From: Haliotis rubra
Taxonomy: Eukaryota
Reading direction: 5' to 3'
NCBI RefSeq assembly: GCF_003918875.1
Contig: NW_025765003.1
Coordinates: 4,650,001-4,714,000 of the forward strand
DNA length: 64,000 bases
The notes beneath the pieces were generated by a model. The model was not told where the DNA came from and did no database searches. It was given only the letters and a program-made list of their open reading frames with translations. The position numbers and the translations under genes were made by a program. Every line of letters begins with the position of its first letter. Positions within the stretch are counted from its first letter, which is position 1. This document shows positions 50,762 to 63,125 of the stretch, one piece after another.

Positions 50762-51516
50762 TTTGTTATCCCCCATAGATATAGAAACGAGTTTTGTGTG
50801 TCCGTCTGTCCATCCTTCACACTTTGTCCGAAGCATATCTCCTAAACTATTTATGATAGCTTAACCAAACTTGGTACACATGTCAACCATGATCCCTAGG
50901 TGTGCGTTTTGGGGGTTAGACCCAGATGCGAATTTTATTTTTTGCTGTTTTCATGGAAATGTGACTTAGGCTGTGACTATGAGGATGATATCTTGTCCGG
51001 AGCAGATCTCCCAAACTATACATGCTAGCTTCATCAAACTTGGTACATATGTCAAGCATGAACCCTAGATGTGCCTTTTGGGGGTTAGACCCAGATATGA
51101 ATTTCTTTTTTTGCGGTTTCTGAGGAAACGTGACCTAGGCTGTGGCTATGAGGATATCATCTTGTCCAGCACAGATCTCATAAATTATACACGCTAGCTT
51201 CATCAAACTTGGTACACATATAAAGCATGATCCCTAGATGTGCCTTTTTGGGGGTTAGTTCCAGATATGAATTTTTAATTTTTGTGGTTTCCATTGAAAC
51301 ATGACTTAGGCTGTGACTATGAGGATGTCATCTTGTTGCAGTTCCATGGCAACAAGTTAGGCTTCAACTGAAGTTGGTGGTAGTGCTCCTTTCTGGAGCA
51401 GATCTTAAAAACCTTTCTATACACTCCAAAACATTTGACATAATTATAACTAGTAGACATATTCATAAAGAGTATTTTGCCGTTGCAGGGGATATTGATG
51501 GCTTTGTCTTCTTGTT
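50762..51516 (+). mobile_element. HINE/DINE-1-like (Helentron-associated) element with about 3 internal repeats of ~177 bp
   Basis: 5' TTATCCCC, GTCCGTCTGTCC microsatellite, tandem AAACTTGGTACA.. units, 3' GGGGATA sub-TIR and terminal hairpin, T-rich insertion site. Confidence 0.7.
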
Positions 51517-51609
51517 GGTTATTGTAAAGGCCCCTCAACATAATCCACAGTAAAAAACTCTGATCAGTTAAAACATGACTAATCTACAGTCTTATTAATA
51601 TTTTCAAAG

Positions 51610-53423
51610 CTGGAAGACGATCTAGAAGCAACATCAGCATCACTGCAACATGGAGAGTGGAAGCGATGTATGGAAGGATTCTCAACAGGTTTTGCCAAGA
51701 CAGACACTGGGCACCAACGCACAAAGAAACTCTGCACACAACGATCACCCAAGGTCCAAGGCTTCCTTGAGTCCAGTTTTGACCATGTCACTGAGCTAGC
51801 ATCTGATGCATCGGGGCAGGATACGAAAGGTGATAACACATGAAATATTGCCTGCTTGTAACCATTGACATTATCATTTAACTTGTGCAATAGTTGAACT
51901 TTTAAGGTTACGATTTTGTGTGTGCAAAATGCATATGTTTTAAATATGTTGTACCTCTCTGCATTAAGAAAATCATGACACGTTTACATGTCATCTCAGG
52001 CAGTCTGTGTGCGAACATTCACTGCCCAGTGTTCTGCCAAGAAACTGGACAAGTTGAGACAGTGATGCCTTCAGTTTAATATGCATGGCGTCATTTTGAA
52101 AACTTATGGGGTCAGTCTGAGAGATAATATAAACATTAACACCAAACATGCGGTTTGTTGGTGCATAATCACCGTCCACAGTAACGGGTATCATACACGG
52201 GATATTTTGCATGGAATTTTCTCATGTAACATATTGCAGCTGTAACAACATGCCATGTAGTATATTTAGCCTCAACAGCTTGTAGGTGATCACTGCCATT
52301 AGCATGTCTCTTCACAGTACTCATTCTAAACTTAGAACTAAGCTTTGTCATTAAATTAGATTTAACACAATTTTTACAAAGCTGTCAGGTTATAGTGTAT
52401 CTTTTTGATTATGCTGCAACCTTGTGTAAGCACAAAAATATTTTTGGGAAAATATCTACCGTCTTCAGTGTTTCTACCTATCCATAATGTCCTGGTTGCT
52501 GTCAGATACCCTCCCTAAGAGGTGTGTGAGTGAGTTTGAAATTACTCTGCTTTTAGCAATATTCCAGCAATAACACATCTAGGGACACCAGAAATGGGCT
52601 TCCAGGGGTGGAAATAACCCATTGCCCGACGTCCCAGTCCAGTGTTCTTTTCTGTTGGGCAAGACAAATTTTATATCACGCTGTACCGGTGTCCAGTTGA
52701 CTTTCCAATGTTAATTATGTTGTTTATTTTAAAAAATCAACAGGAAAATCGGCCGGTATAGTGGACAAATTATAAGGGCGAGTGATGTTATATGTGCCAC
52801 TGTACCGGAGTACACTAGAAATTTTAAAGTTATTTCTACCCCTGCTTCACATATCGTACCCATGTGGGGAATGGAACCCGCGGTAGCAAACGCTTTAACT
52901 TCTGGGACACACACACGCATGCACACACACACACACACAGACAGACAGACAGACAGTGTGTTGTATATTACCGGTATAGCATCTAAGAAATACTAGTGAG
53001 TACATATCACAACATGGTTGGAAAAATATACTGGTACTTTGTGTTTTGAAAATCATGCATGTCTTCAAATTGCTTGTTTGCATTTCAGATGCTGAACTCA
53101 TATCTTGGTCTTCAAGTGATAGTGAAGATTTGGAAACCAATGTGAAATCTCACGTGCAAGTCAAATCATCAAAAAACAGTAAGAATTGCACACCAGGTAT
53201 GACAAAACAAGATACACCTTCCACAAAAAAGAAAGCATTTCCTAAATCAGCTAAACTAGAGTTGAGGAGGATATGTCCAGATTTTGATGTTCATGGATTA
53301 TATGAGTCTACTGGAGGTATTGACACAATATCCAGCAGTTCGGAACAGGAAGAGGAGGGGATGAAGGACAGGGCTGAGGAGGACAAAAAGCCATGTGTTC
53401 AACTGGCAGATATACCCAGACAG
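51610..53423 (+). CDS. SPIDR: SPIDR-like (scaffold protein involved in DNA repair), N-terminal exons; gene incomplete
   Basis: Exons 51610-51829 and 53089-53423 join in phase. SLQHGEWKRCMEGF and ISWSSSDSE resemble human SPIDR SLSEAWLRCGEGF and ITWSSSGSD in the same order. No further exon was identified before the window end. Confidence 0.6.
52603..52843. mobile_element. MITE nested inside a tRNA-SINE
   Basis: TIR CAGGGGTGGAAATAAC / GTTATTTCTACCCCTG. It splits the SINE at GGGCTTC|CTTCAC. Confidence 0.8.
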
Positions 53424-53432
53424 GTGAGATAG

Positions 53433-53790
53433 ATAGGTGTACCATGGGGACACAGGTGTTTCCTCTTCTAGGCCAACACAGAGTTGTGTCCCTTTCGGCA
53501 GAAATCTGTGTCCAGTTGATTCAATCGATTCATGGGGATAGGTGTACCATGGCCAACACAAAGTTGTGGTTTCGGCAGAAATCTGTGTCCAGTTGGCGGT
53601 TGGGTAGTGAGGCCAACACAGAGTTGTGTCCCTTTTGGCGGAAATCTGTGTCCAGTTGATTCAGTAGATAGGTGTACCATGGGGACACAGAGGTGTCCCT
53701 TTCGGCGGAAATCTTCTAGTTGCCAAAATAGAGTTGTGCCAACACAGAGTTGTGTCCCTTTCGGCGGAAATCTGTGTCCAGTTGATTCAA
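53433..53790. repeat. Complex degenerate tandem repeat just after the SPIDR-like exon
   Basis: Recurring AGGTGTACCATGG and CCAACACAGAGTTGTGTCCCTTTCGGC.GAAATCTGTGTCCAGTTG modules. Confidence 0.85.
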
Positions 53791-54036
53791 TGGTTCTAGA
53801 TTTGTCTTCACCACACAGCCCATGGAGTGGAAAATGTCTTGCATGAACTCAGGTTTTCCTCCCACATTCGTTTGATACACTGATATATGCCTACTAAAAT
53901 ACTGCTCAAAGGAACAATAAATCACCCACAGAGCTCTAGATAAGGTTTTTGCAATCTGGGTATTTTACCCATGGTGTCAGTTATTAGTGGATACTACTGA
54001 TCTTCAGTGGGTACTCAAATTTTCTGATACCCACCC

Positions 54037-54645
54037 TTTTTATCCCCCCATCTTGTAATTCTGGGGATATAGTCGAAGCCTCGTCCGTCTGTCCTTATCA
54101 ACAAAAATTGGTAGACATGTCAATTAGAACATAAAGTGGTTCCTTTCGCTATTTACAGATTTTTAGTCGTTTTTATTTTTCATGATTTTCATGGAAACGT
54201 GTTTGACTTAGTCTCAAAAAGGAGGGGTGGACTTCGTTTCCCGAGCAGAACTTAAAAACCTTTCAATATCTTTCAACAGAACTTGGCAGACATTTGAGGC
54301 AGGTCCCATAGTGGTGCCTTTTGCTATTTACAGATTTTTGGCATTTAAATTTTTCTTGGTTTCTATGGAAACAATTCAGACTTAATCTCAAAAGGGACGG
54401 GTGGATTCGTTTCTGGAGAACAGCTTGAAAACCTTTCAATATCTTTTCTACAAGACTTGGCAGACATATCAAACAGATCTTGAAGTGGTGCCTTTTGCTA
54501 TTTACATATTGTTGGCATTTATATTATTCATGATTTCCATGGAAATGATTCAGACTTAGTCTTAAAAAAAATAAAGTTGGATTTTACGTAACTGTCCAAA
54601 TATGTGGGGGCTGGGGGATTTGTCATCTTCTGATGACTCTTGTTT
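54037..54645 (+). mobile_element. Second HINE/DINE-1-like element with internal ~180-bp repeats
   Basis: TTTTTATCCCCC...GTCCGTCTGTCC...GGGGGAT...GTCATC/GATGAC hairpin, then CTTGTT. Confidence 0.7.
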
Positions 54646-56719
54646 AAAATGTGGGTATTTTCTATGTCTGTAATTTTTAAAAAAAAAGGTTTAAAAGATA
54701 ACTACCCTCTAACCAATGTTTTGTACTTCAGATGTCAATATGGTTTTTTTAAAGAGATGTTGGGGTAGCCTAGTTAAAAAAAAGCGTTGGCTCGTTTAAA
54801 AGTTCGATTCCCCACATGGGCACAATGTGTGAAGCCCATTTTTGGTTTGATATTGCTGGAATATGTCAATCATCAGTCAGTCAGTTTAAAGAGAAATTAA
54901 AAAAATGTGAAGTCTTAACAAGACAAGCGATTTTATTGGATGGTATTTTCAGAAGAACTAATCAAAATGAGTGTTATAAACATAACTAGCTGCGTTTACG
55001 CAAATGTTTCTTTCTGTAGTTCATAAAGTGTACAGTTACATAGTGAAATTCGTTCGATAATCTGCCCGATCCACTTGTAATATTTGACAGTTAGCTACTT
55101 TCTGTTACGCATTTGTTTTTCACCTGTAAGTCAGGGTACGCAAGTCAACAACTAACCAAAGCGTTTCTGTAATTTCCTTTGCGTGTTAGGGATGCTACAG
55201 ATACATTTTAGTGCGTATTTTGGAAGTTTCAATGCATGTTTTATGCAGATACGCAGCTTATCTAGACTTCTGACCCGTGAAGATTGAGCATTAGTCCAGG
55301 GCCCCGTTTCACAAGACGATTGTAATGCTATGACTGTAGTAAGCCAATATCATGGCATGTGACTTACAACAGTCGTAGCTTTACTATCACTTTGTGAAAT
55401 GATTCCAAGGGGACATGTGATGCATGTTGCTATACGTCGTAAGTGCAATAATCTTGGAGATAATGTGGAACCCATTCTTATCACTGAACGTGTATCAAAC
55501 AGATGAATGGAAGTGTATTTTCTATATTTTAGATTGCCATTCATTCCATTTGTACAGGTTTAAATTATTAACAACTGCCTCTTACACAATGACCATTTTG
55601 TTGTTATAAACTTCCCCATTGAAGAATTCACGCATCTGTCCTGCAAATGCGAGTTGTTAACAGTGTCAAACTTTTCCTCTGTGAAACTAGAGTTTATCAG
55701 AACATCTAAGAACATGATGAAGCACAAAGGTTGCTCATTGGTTCGGCAATGAGTGAGTGAGAGTAATTTTAGTTTTATGCCACTTTTGCACTACTTTGGC
55801 AGGGTGTGAGTGATGGATAATCCTTTTAGTCTAGTTTATGCCACCGGGTTTTGCACTACAATGTGTTAAGCCCAGGGTCCCCGCCATGATATTGCTGGAA
55901 TATTGCTAAAAGTGGCGTGAAACTAAACTCATTGTATCCTTGTTGAGAATTGAACCCAGGCCTTCCATAGCAATCATCCTCTGAAGTATCTTAATCCTTT
56001 GGTTGGCTGTTTACCATTTATTAGGGAAATACAATTTAAATAATCGATTGTGAAATTATGGAGCTGTTAATACAATATATACGTAGAAAGTCAGGACTCT
56101 TTAGTTTATAACTTACCCGGTTTGGCTGAGAGAGTTGATTAGATCTGGAGAGCAGACAGCAGTGTTCCTTCTGAGCCCGACAGCAGCTGTGTTGTAATAC
56201 CAGTACAGCAATCATTACTTCCTTGTTTCACTGTGTGTCATGTGAGTGTTCTGTGTATTTAGTTCAATGAGGAAGTTCTCCTTGTCTTACTGGAAGTGAT
56301 TCAGTATTGATAGACCATGTGACTGAATTTAGGAATATTCCCTGTTAAGATAAGATGGATAACATAAAACCCTGTTATTAGGAAGGGAAGTTGTTTTGTG
56401 AGTCAATAATGCTTAATTTGCGTGCCATTACTACTTGCAGGTAAATATTGAAATGGCAAGGATGAATATTTTTCAGTGTTCCTAAATTTTACAAGTAATG
56501 CTCACCAAGATTGATTTAATGGAAAACGAGATCAATTAGACCGTGTCATATGATTCAAATACTAATTTTGCACCCCATCAAACTATTATAGGTGGCACTC
56601 TTGATCTCACAGCTTAACCTAGGTGCAGCCATTTTGAATGACAGGAAATCTCATTTCGGACAACATAATATCTTGGTTAGCGTGTGGTCCTGTGCAAGTG
56701 TGTGGTTCTGTGCATAGGG

Positions 56720-56980
56720 CTCAGGTCACAATAAGTTGAAGTTAAGCAGCGTTGGGCTTGGAGAGTCCTGCCCACAGGTGATAGGAGTTTGTGAAGCACA
56801 TGTAATACATGTGGTCTTCCCCAGCAGACTGCAAGTGAGTTTTTTCAAACTTGCCTCTGTTCACCCAGCTGAAAATGGGTACCTGGTGAAATAAGTCGTG
56901 AGACTATTAACCTTCTAGCGCCTAACAGGCAGCTTGGGTTATCTGGGGTAATAATGATCAGATTGTGCGCTTTTAGCAGG
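56720..56980 (+). mobile_element. Old SINE with a possible 5S-derived head (related copy at 44930-45117)
   Basis: GAAGTTAAGCAGCGTTGGGCTTGG resembles 5S box A. The core TTGCCTCTGTTCACCCAGC..ATGGGTACC..CCTTCTAGCGCCT is shared with 44940-45030. Confidence 0.45.
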
Positions 56981-57169
56981 AAATCTAGCCTGGAAAAGGT
57001 GCATTGAAAATATTCTCATTATTATTAGCAGAAGATACTGTCTACCAAACCATGTCAGTGTCACAGAAGAGAACCGTATCAAGCTTTTTACACTCAATTG
57101 CTGTGAAAATTAAGAATGATTCACTGGATGATGTTGCTGAAAACACTCAATATTATCAAGCAAGTTTGA

Positions 57170-58097
57170 CTCGAAAGTTGGCTGTACTTGTAGAGCAAGA
57201 GAATTTTTATATGAGAGATGAGGTGAGGTGAAATTGGGTTTTACGTCGTGCTTGAGAATATTTCGCTCTTTTTATATGAGAGAGAGAGAGATCTCTCTGT
57301 CGTTAACTGTTATTCAGGAGATCGTGATGTTAACCGTTGTTCAGGAGATAGTGACAGATCATGCTAATATATGATAGTATGTTGGCCTTTGACCATGGTT
57401 GTTCATGTTTCCTCCCTTTGTGTTTCACTCATATTTTCCTTGTATGTACAAGACGGAAAGAAGTATTGTGTATTTTCATGTTTTAAGCTCACCTGGCATT
57501 GAGCAAAATGAACATTCTGGTATATCATGGCCTGTTTATCCATTGTATGTCTTACATCCTAATAAGTGAGTGAATGTAGTTTTATGCTGCTTTTAGCAGT
57601 ATTTCATCTAGATCACTGAGCAGGACCACAGTAAATGTTCTTAACACATTGAATCCATGTGGGGAATCGAACCCAGGTCTTTGGCGTGATGAGTGAACGT
57701 GTTAACCACTAGGCTACCCCACCGCCCCATGTACATCATAAGTCACCTATTGTAAACGTCTCTACTATAGGGGTGAGTGAGTTGGGTTTTATGTTGCTTT
57801 TAGCAATATTCCAGCACTATCATAACGGGGGACACCAGAAATGGGCTTCACACATTGTGCCCATGTGGGGAATCGAACCCGGGTCTTTGGCGTGACGAGC
57901 CAACGCTTTAACCATTAGGCTACCCCACCACTCAGTCTCTACTATAGAGCCACTGAAACTGAAACTTCACGTGCTAGTTTGTGTAAGAGGCCTGAATCCG
58001 ATGCATATTTCAAGTCCAGACAAGACAATCCAGTGATCAACAGCATGAGAATCGATCTATGCATGTTTATGTAAGAGGCCTGAATCCGATGCATATA
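57170..58097. repeat. About 0.9-kb local duplication (second copy at 62344-63237)
   Basis: Near-identical sequence including two SINE-A copies. 57083-57170 also matches 61568-61655. Confidence 0.92.
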
Positions 58098-58174
58098 AAA
58101 CAGTGTGAAAGCTGTGACTTTAATTTGGCCATTACTCAGCCATGTTTGTTCAAAATTTAATGAAATCTGGTATA

Positions 58175-59153
58175 CAGTGAAGCCTCGTTAATCCGGACAG
58201 TTGCGTTTCTCAGCAAATTCGTCCGGATTGCGATTAGTCCGGACTACTGAATCAAGACCCAAGTTCAAGCAAGAGTTGCTTCCCTTACTATTACAAAAAC
58301 GACACGAATCTGGATAAAACAAATAAGCATTTAATGTAAATCTTATAAAACAATGAATAGCAAGCACAACAATAATCTATAGTCATAGCAAAAAGTCTTT
58401 CATTGCTGTTTGTGTTCGTTTAACCTTCCTCATTGAATTCATCACATGAATAATTTTACCGGAGTGACATCTGCATGTTGATCCGACGTGTCTGATCACG
58501 TCCTTCCACAGCACAGGTGAGGTAATGTCTAACAAGCGATCTATTGTAGTATGCCTTGAATGTCCGAATTATTCCTGCATCCATCGGTTGAATATGAGAC
58601 GTGGTATTTGGTCACATTTCGCAAAGTTAGCGAAGCACACTTGTGACTTGCAGCGTTGTTGAGAAGCAAAATCACTTTAAGTCCACGTGACCGCATCTGT
58701 CTGTCGAAGTACATTAACCAATCACAAAATAGCTCACTTGTCATCCACGCCTTTGTATTGTGGTGTCAATCAAAGTGTAAATGTACAGCATCTTCAGTCG
58801 GGAGATTTTAATGTCTAATTAAAACAACAACCCTGAACAGACATTTCTCAAAAGTTAACAAGAGTTCATCTTGTCAACTCCATGACACCGAGTTTTTATT
58901 GTTTATGGCCAGTTAAGTAAACATCGCCGTGGGGTGTTGTTATGGTTCGTGAACACGACTTACAGCGTCCCGACTGTGAAGCAATATACTGTTTATTTTA
59001 CTGATTGGTTACAGCTACTTACCGTCCGGTTCCGGGAACCGAATTTCCAGATTATCGAGGCAAATTAAATAGGCATAGATTGGTAACACGCTAAAATCGT
59101 CCGGGAGGCGAGACATCCGGATTATCGGAGTCCGGACTAACGGGGCTTCACTG
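58175..59153 (-). mobile_element. Internally deleted pogo/Tigger-like transposon
   Basis: TIR CAGTGAAGCCTCGTTAATCCGGAC / GTCCGGACTAACGGGGCTTCACTG with TA TSD. DDE_1 fragment MTSELFCDWL..ILLLNNAASH and QPMDAGIIRTFKAYY. Confidence 0.88.
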
Positions 59154-59839
59154 TATATGTAGACAGTAGCTGAACACTTATGTTTTGTTTTGAACAATAA
59201 TTTTAAATTTGGACTTTTGTTTGAATTTGAATTTGACCATTCTTCCAAATTCTCTTCAAATAAATTTTTTGTACTGCTGATATGCTATTCTCAGAAATAA
59301 TGGAGGTTCAATTTGGTTTAAAATGTTGCTGCCATAACAACCACATTGCACATTACAAAACATATTGCTTTTGCACTAATTATATACAAAATGTTATTAA
59401 ATTTAGTCATTGTTCTGTTAGTCTGAAATTTCAAAACAAGCCCAATTTTCTATTTAATGTGAATTGTTTAACTTTTTCTTAAATTATTTCTAAAATGCAT
59501 ATTTTGCTCTGTGAAATCTCTTCTCCCATGAATGTGCTGAAATACCCCAACTGACTACCCAGTTGAAGTTTTCAGCGTGTTTCTCCACATGATGACACTG
59601 TATTTAGTTCAGGTTATTTGCGCAATTGGATGAGATGACATGTAACCCATGTGTCAACAATGTCAGCGAGCCTGACCACCCGATCCCGTTAGTTGCCTCT
59701 TACGACAAGCATGGGTTACTGAAGATCAATTCTATCCCGGATCTACAAGGGTACATATGCTAATGACATTTCAACCTGTTGACTCCACAAACACATGTGA
59801 GCTGCAGTACCGTGACACTTTTGTGTTTTCTCTTGCACC

Positions 59840-60007
59840 CGGGGCGTGGGGTAGCCTAATGGTTAAAGCGTTGGGTCGTCACGCCGAAGACCCGGGTTCG
59901 AATCCCCACATGGGTACAATGTGTGACGCCCATTTCTGGTGTCCCCTGCCGTGATGTTGCTGGTATATTGCTAAAAGCGGCGTAAAACCAAACTCAGTCA
60001 GTCAGTC
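59840..60007 (+). mobile_element. tRNA-derived SINE family A (representative full copy; about 20 copies in the window)
   Basis: A box TAGCCTAATGGTTAAAGC, B box GGTTCGAATCC, body, tail GCTAAAAGCGGCGTAAAAC-(TCAC/TCAG)n. Other copies near 7349-7509, 19057-19220, 19456-19625, 20622-20842, 24828-24948, 36360-36525, 36780-36937, 40878-41030, 41181-41345, 45380-45520, 52527-52900, 54760-54885, 57565-57728, 57773-57930, 60571-60716, 60733-60900, 62681-62845 and 62888-63065. Confidence 0.9.
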
Positions 60008-60899
60008 TCTTGCACCCAGTGCGAGGCAGTGATTCCGGTTTTTGACGTGTTTGATGAAAGTAAATAGGTGTTAGTCATTATGGGTAAATGAAGTAAAATC
60101 TTCATGACAGAGATGCCCAGAAAGGGTACTGTTGGTTGGGTGGGTGTGTAATTTAGAGAATCTTTGACAGGTTGGGTGTGTAACCACAAGAATCTTTGAC
60201 AAGTAGCTTGTGGCTACTTTGATGATAAACTAAAATGAACAGTATTATTACGATCTCTCCAAGTCACAGTTTGTTGTCTTTACCCTAGTGTAATAAATGT
60301 CGGGCTCTGGAGCAACGCGGCAGAGTAATTATGGTAATGCTAATCAAATACATTAGTGTACAAGGAAGTTGCATATGGCTACAAGCAGATAGCCAGGTTG
60401 TGTTCTGATAACATGCCTACAATCCTGTGTGAAACAGGATGTAACATCGGATGATATCTGCTGAGCAGCTTCCGCCAGTGTTCATGAAAATTAATGTAGC
60501 TTTTGGGTGTCACTGACTCCCAACCTGTTGTGTGCTTTAGTCTAGTAGGCATTCCCATGTGTTATGTGGGTCGGTGGGGTAGCCTTTTCATCACGCTAAA
60601 GCCCAGGTGCGATTGCCCACATGGGTACAATGTGTGAAACCCATTTCTGGTATTCCCCGCCGTGATATTGCTGGAATATTTCTAAAAGTGGCTTAAAACC
60701 CAACTCACACACTCACAAGTTGTTATGTAGTGCGGGGCGGTGGGGTAGCCTAATGGATAAAGCGTTGTCTCGTCACACCGGAGACCTGGGTTCGAATCCC
60801 CACATGGGTACAATGTGTGAAGCCCATTTCTGGTGTCCCCCACCGTGATGTTGCTGGAATGTTGCTAAAAGCGGCGTAAAACCAAACTCAGTCAGTCAG

Positions 60900-61155
60900 T
60901 GTTATGTAATGCTGTAGGCACTCCCATGTGTTATGTATTGTTGTAGGCACTCCCATGTGTTATGTATTGTTGTAGGCACTCCCATGTGTTGTGTATTGTA
61001 GGTACTCCCATGTGTTATGTAATGCTGTAGGCACTCCCGTGTGTTATGTATTGTTGTAGGCACTCCCATGTGTTATGTATTGTTGTAGGCACTCCCAGTT
61101 ATTTACTAATGTAGGCACTCACAGGTGGAATGTACTGTTGTAGGCACCCCATGTG
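60900..61155. repeat. ~29-bp minisatellite, about 8 copies
   Basis: Unit TGTAGGCACTCCCATGTGTTATGTATTGT. Confidence 0.9.
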
Positions 61156-61253
61156 TAACTGTAACACCATATACTTAATGGAATAACTTCTATTACCTTA
61201 TATCATGTTTATTAAATTTAGATCAAGGCTAAGCATGAAATAGTAGGCTCATG

Positions 61254-61660
61254 CAGTGTGCAAAATAGCCACTGGCCCGCTAGCCCATGGCTAGTAAAAT
61301 CCAGTCAGGCCAGTAAATCTCAATAGTTACTGGCCCGACTGGCTGATGAATTTTCATGTGATCATTTTGTAAATACAGTTTGTATATCACTCTCTCTGAC
61401 TTGTTATGTTATGATACACTTTTAAATCATGGTAGATTATGATGATAAAAATGTTCATCATATCAGCAGCTTAATGATAAAACCTGTGTCTACATTCAAA
61501 TTTCGGGCTAGTGAATTATATTGTGGGCTAGTAGCTTTCAGGCATAACTAGCCCGACTGGCTAGCAAAATTTTTACACTCAATTGCTGTGAAAATTAAGA
61601 ATGATTCACTGGATGATGTTGCTGAAAACACTCAATATTATCCAGCAAGTTTGACACTGA
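61254..61660. mobile_element. MITE with GCTAG/GGCCCG subterminal repeats
   Basis: CAGTGTGCAAA / TTTGACACTG ends. Confidence 0.5.
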
Positions 61661-63125
61661 AGTCTGATAGGCCTAGCATAACGATCCCAACCACATGGTT
61701 TTCCTCAAGGTTGGCCACCTAATAAATAGGATTGGTGGCCAAATGTGACTGGGTGCAAAACAACTTATATTCTGCATATTGTGTAGAAACGTTTGTCATG
61801 CATCGACATGGATGGTAAACCAAATCACTTTGTTACTGGGTTTCCAAACTGGTAAACTGGAACTAAACGTGGAAAGTGGTGAACATTTACTTGCTCTTTG
61901 TTGCGAAATGGCATACAGAATTAAACCTGGGGAATCTATGAAGTATGGGTGCACTTATTGTCACAAAGGTGCACGTAATTAATCTGTCTGGTGCTATATT
62001 GCACCTTTGGAAAAAGTTGTCTTTCTATCTATACTTTGCGCAATAGGCACACTTGCCCACCCTTTTTCCATGATGGCATAACACTAGTATTTAACACTTA
62101 CATAGATATCAGTTTTGTGGGAAGAAGCCCCTTGACAAAGAGCATAAAAGTGCCGGTTTAGACAGGTTTCACTGTAATGTCATAATCAGCAGTTCTGCAA
62201 GTGCAGATCTCTGGTAAAATTATATGTTTATTTCATATATTTCTATAAATCACAATCAAAGAACTCTTTTTGAGAAATAGGTGGCAGATGGACGGTTTGC
62301 ATATGACTCCTCACCTTTTTATTTCAGCTCTCAATTTGGCATGCTCGAAAGTTGTCCGTACTTGTAGAGCAAGAGAATTTTTATATGAGAGAGAGAGAGA
62401 CATGCTTGAGAATATTTAACTGTTATTGGTTAACTGTTATTCGGGAGATCGTGATGTTAACCGTTGTTCAGGAGATAGTGACTATATGATAGTATGTTGG
62501 CCTTTGACCATGGTTGTTCATGTTTCCTCCCTTTGTGTTTGACTCATATTTTCCTTGTATGTACAAGACAGAAGGAAGTATTATGTATTTTCATGTTTTA
62601 AGCTCACCTGGCTTTGAGCAAAATGAACGTTCTGGTATATCATGGCCTGTTTATCCATTGTATGTCTTACATCCTAATAAGTGAGTGAGTGTAGTTTTAT
62701 GCTGCTTTTAGCAGTATTTCATCTAAATCACTGAGCAGGACCACAGTAAATGTTCTTAACACATTGAATCCATGTGGGGAATCGAACCCAGGTCTTTGGT
62801 GTGATGAGTGAACATGTTAACCACTAGGCTACCCCAACGCCCCATGTACATCATAAGTCACCTATTGTAAACGTCTGTACTATAGGGGTGAGTGAGTTGG
62901 GTTTTATGTCGCTTTTAGCAATATTCCAGCACTATCACGGCGGGGGACACCAGAAATGGGCTTCACACATTGTGCCCATGTGTCGAACCGGGTCGAACCG
63001 GGTTAACCATTAGGCATTCAGTCTCTACGAGCCAGCACTGTTTTTAACCATTAGGCTACCCCACCATTCAGTCTCTACTCTATAGAGCCACTGAAACTGA
63101 AACTGAAACTTCATGTGCTAGTTTG

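Noticed and set aside
57004-57231. 75-aa ORF as the next SPIDR-like exon
   Set aside because: Most of it is made of duplicated MITE-end and segmental-duplication sequence, and its phase does not match the preceding exon.
59840-59915. tRNA gene candidates (A and B boxes)
   Set aside because: They are heads of a multi-copy SINE that continue into SINE body and tail, with no complete acceptor stem or terminator.
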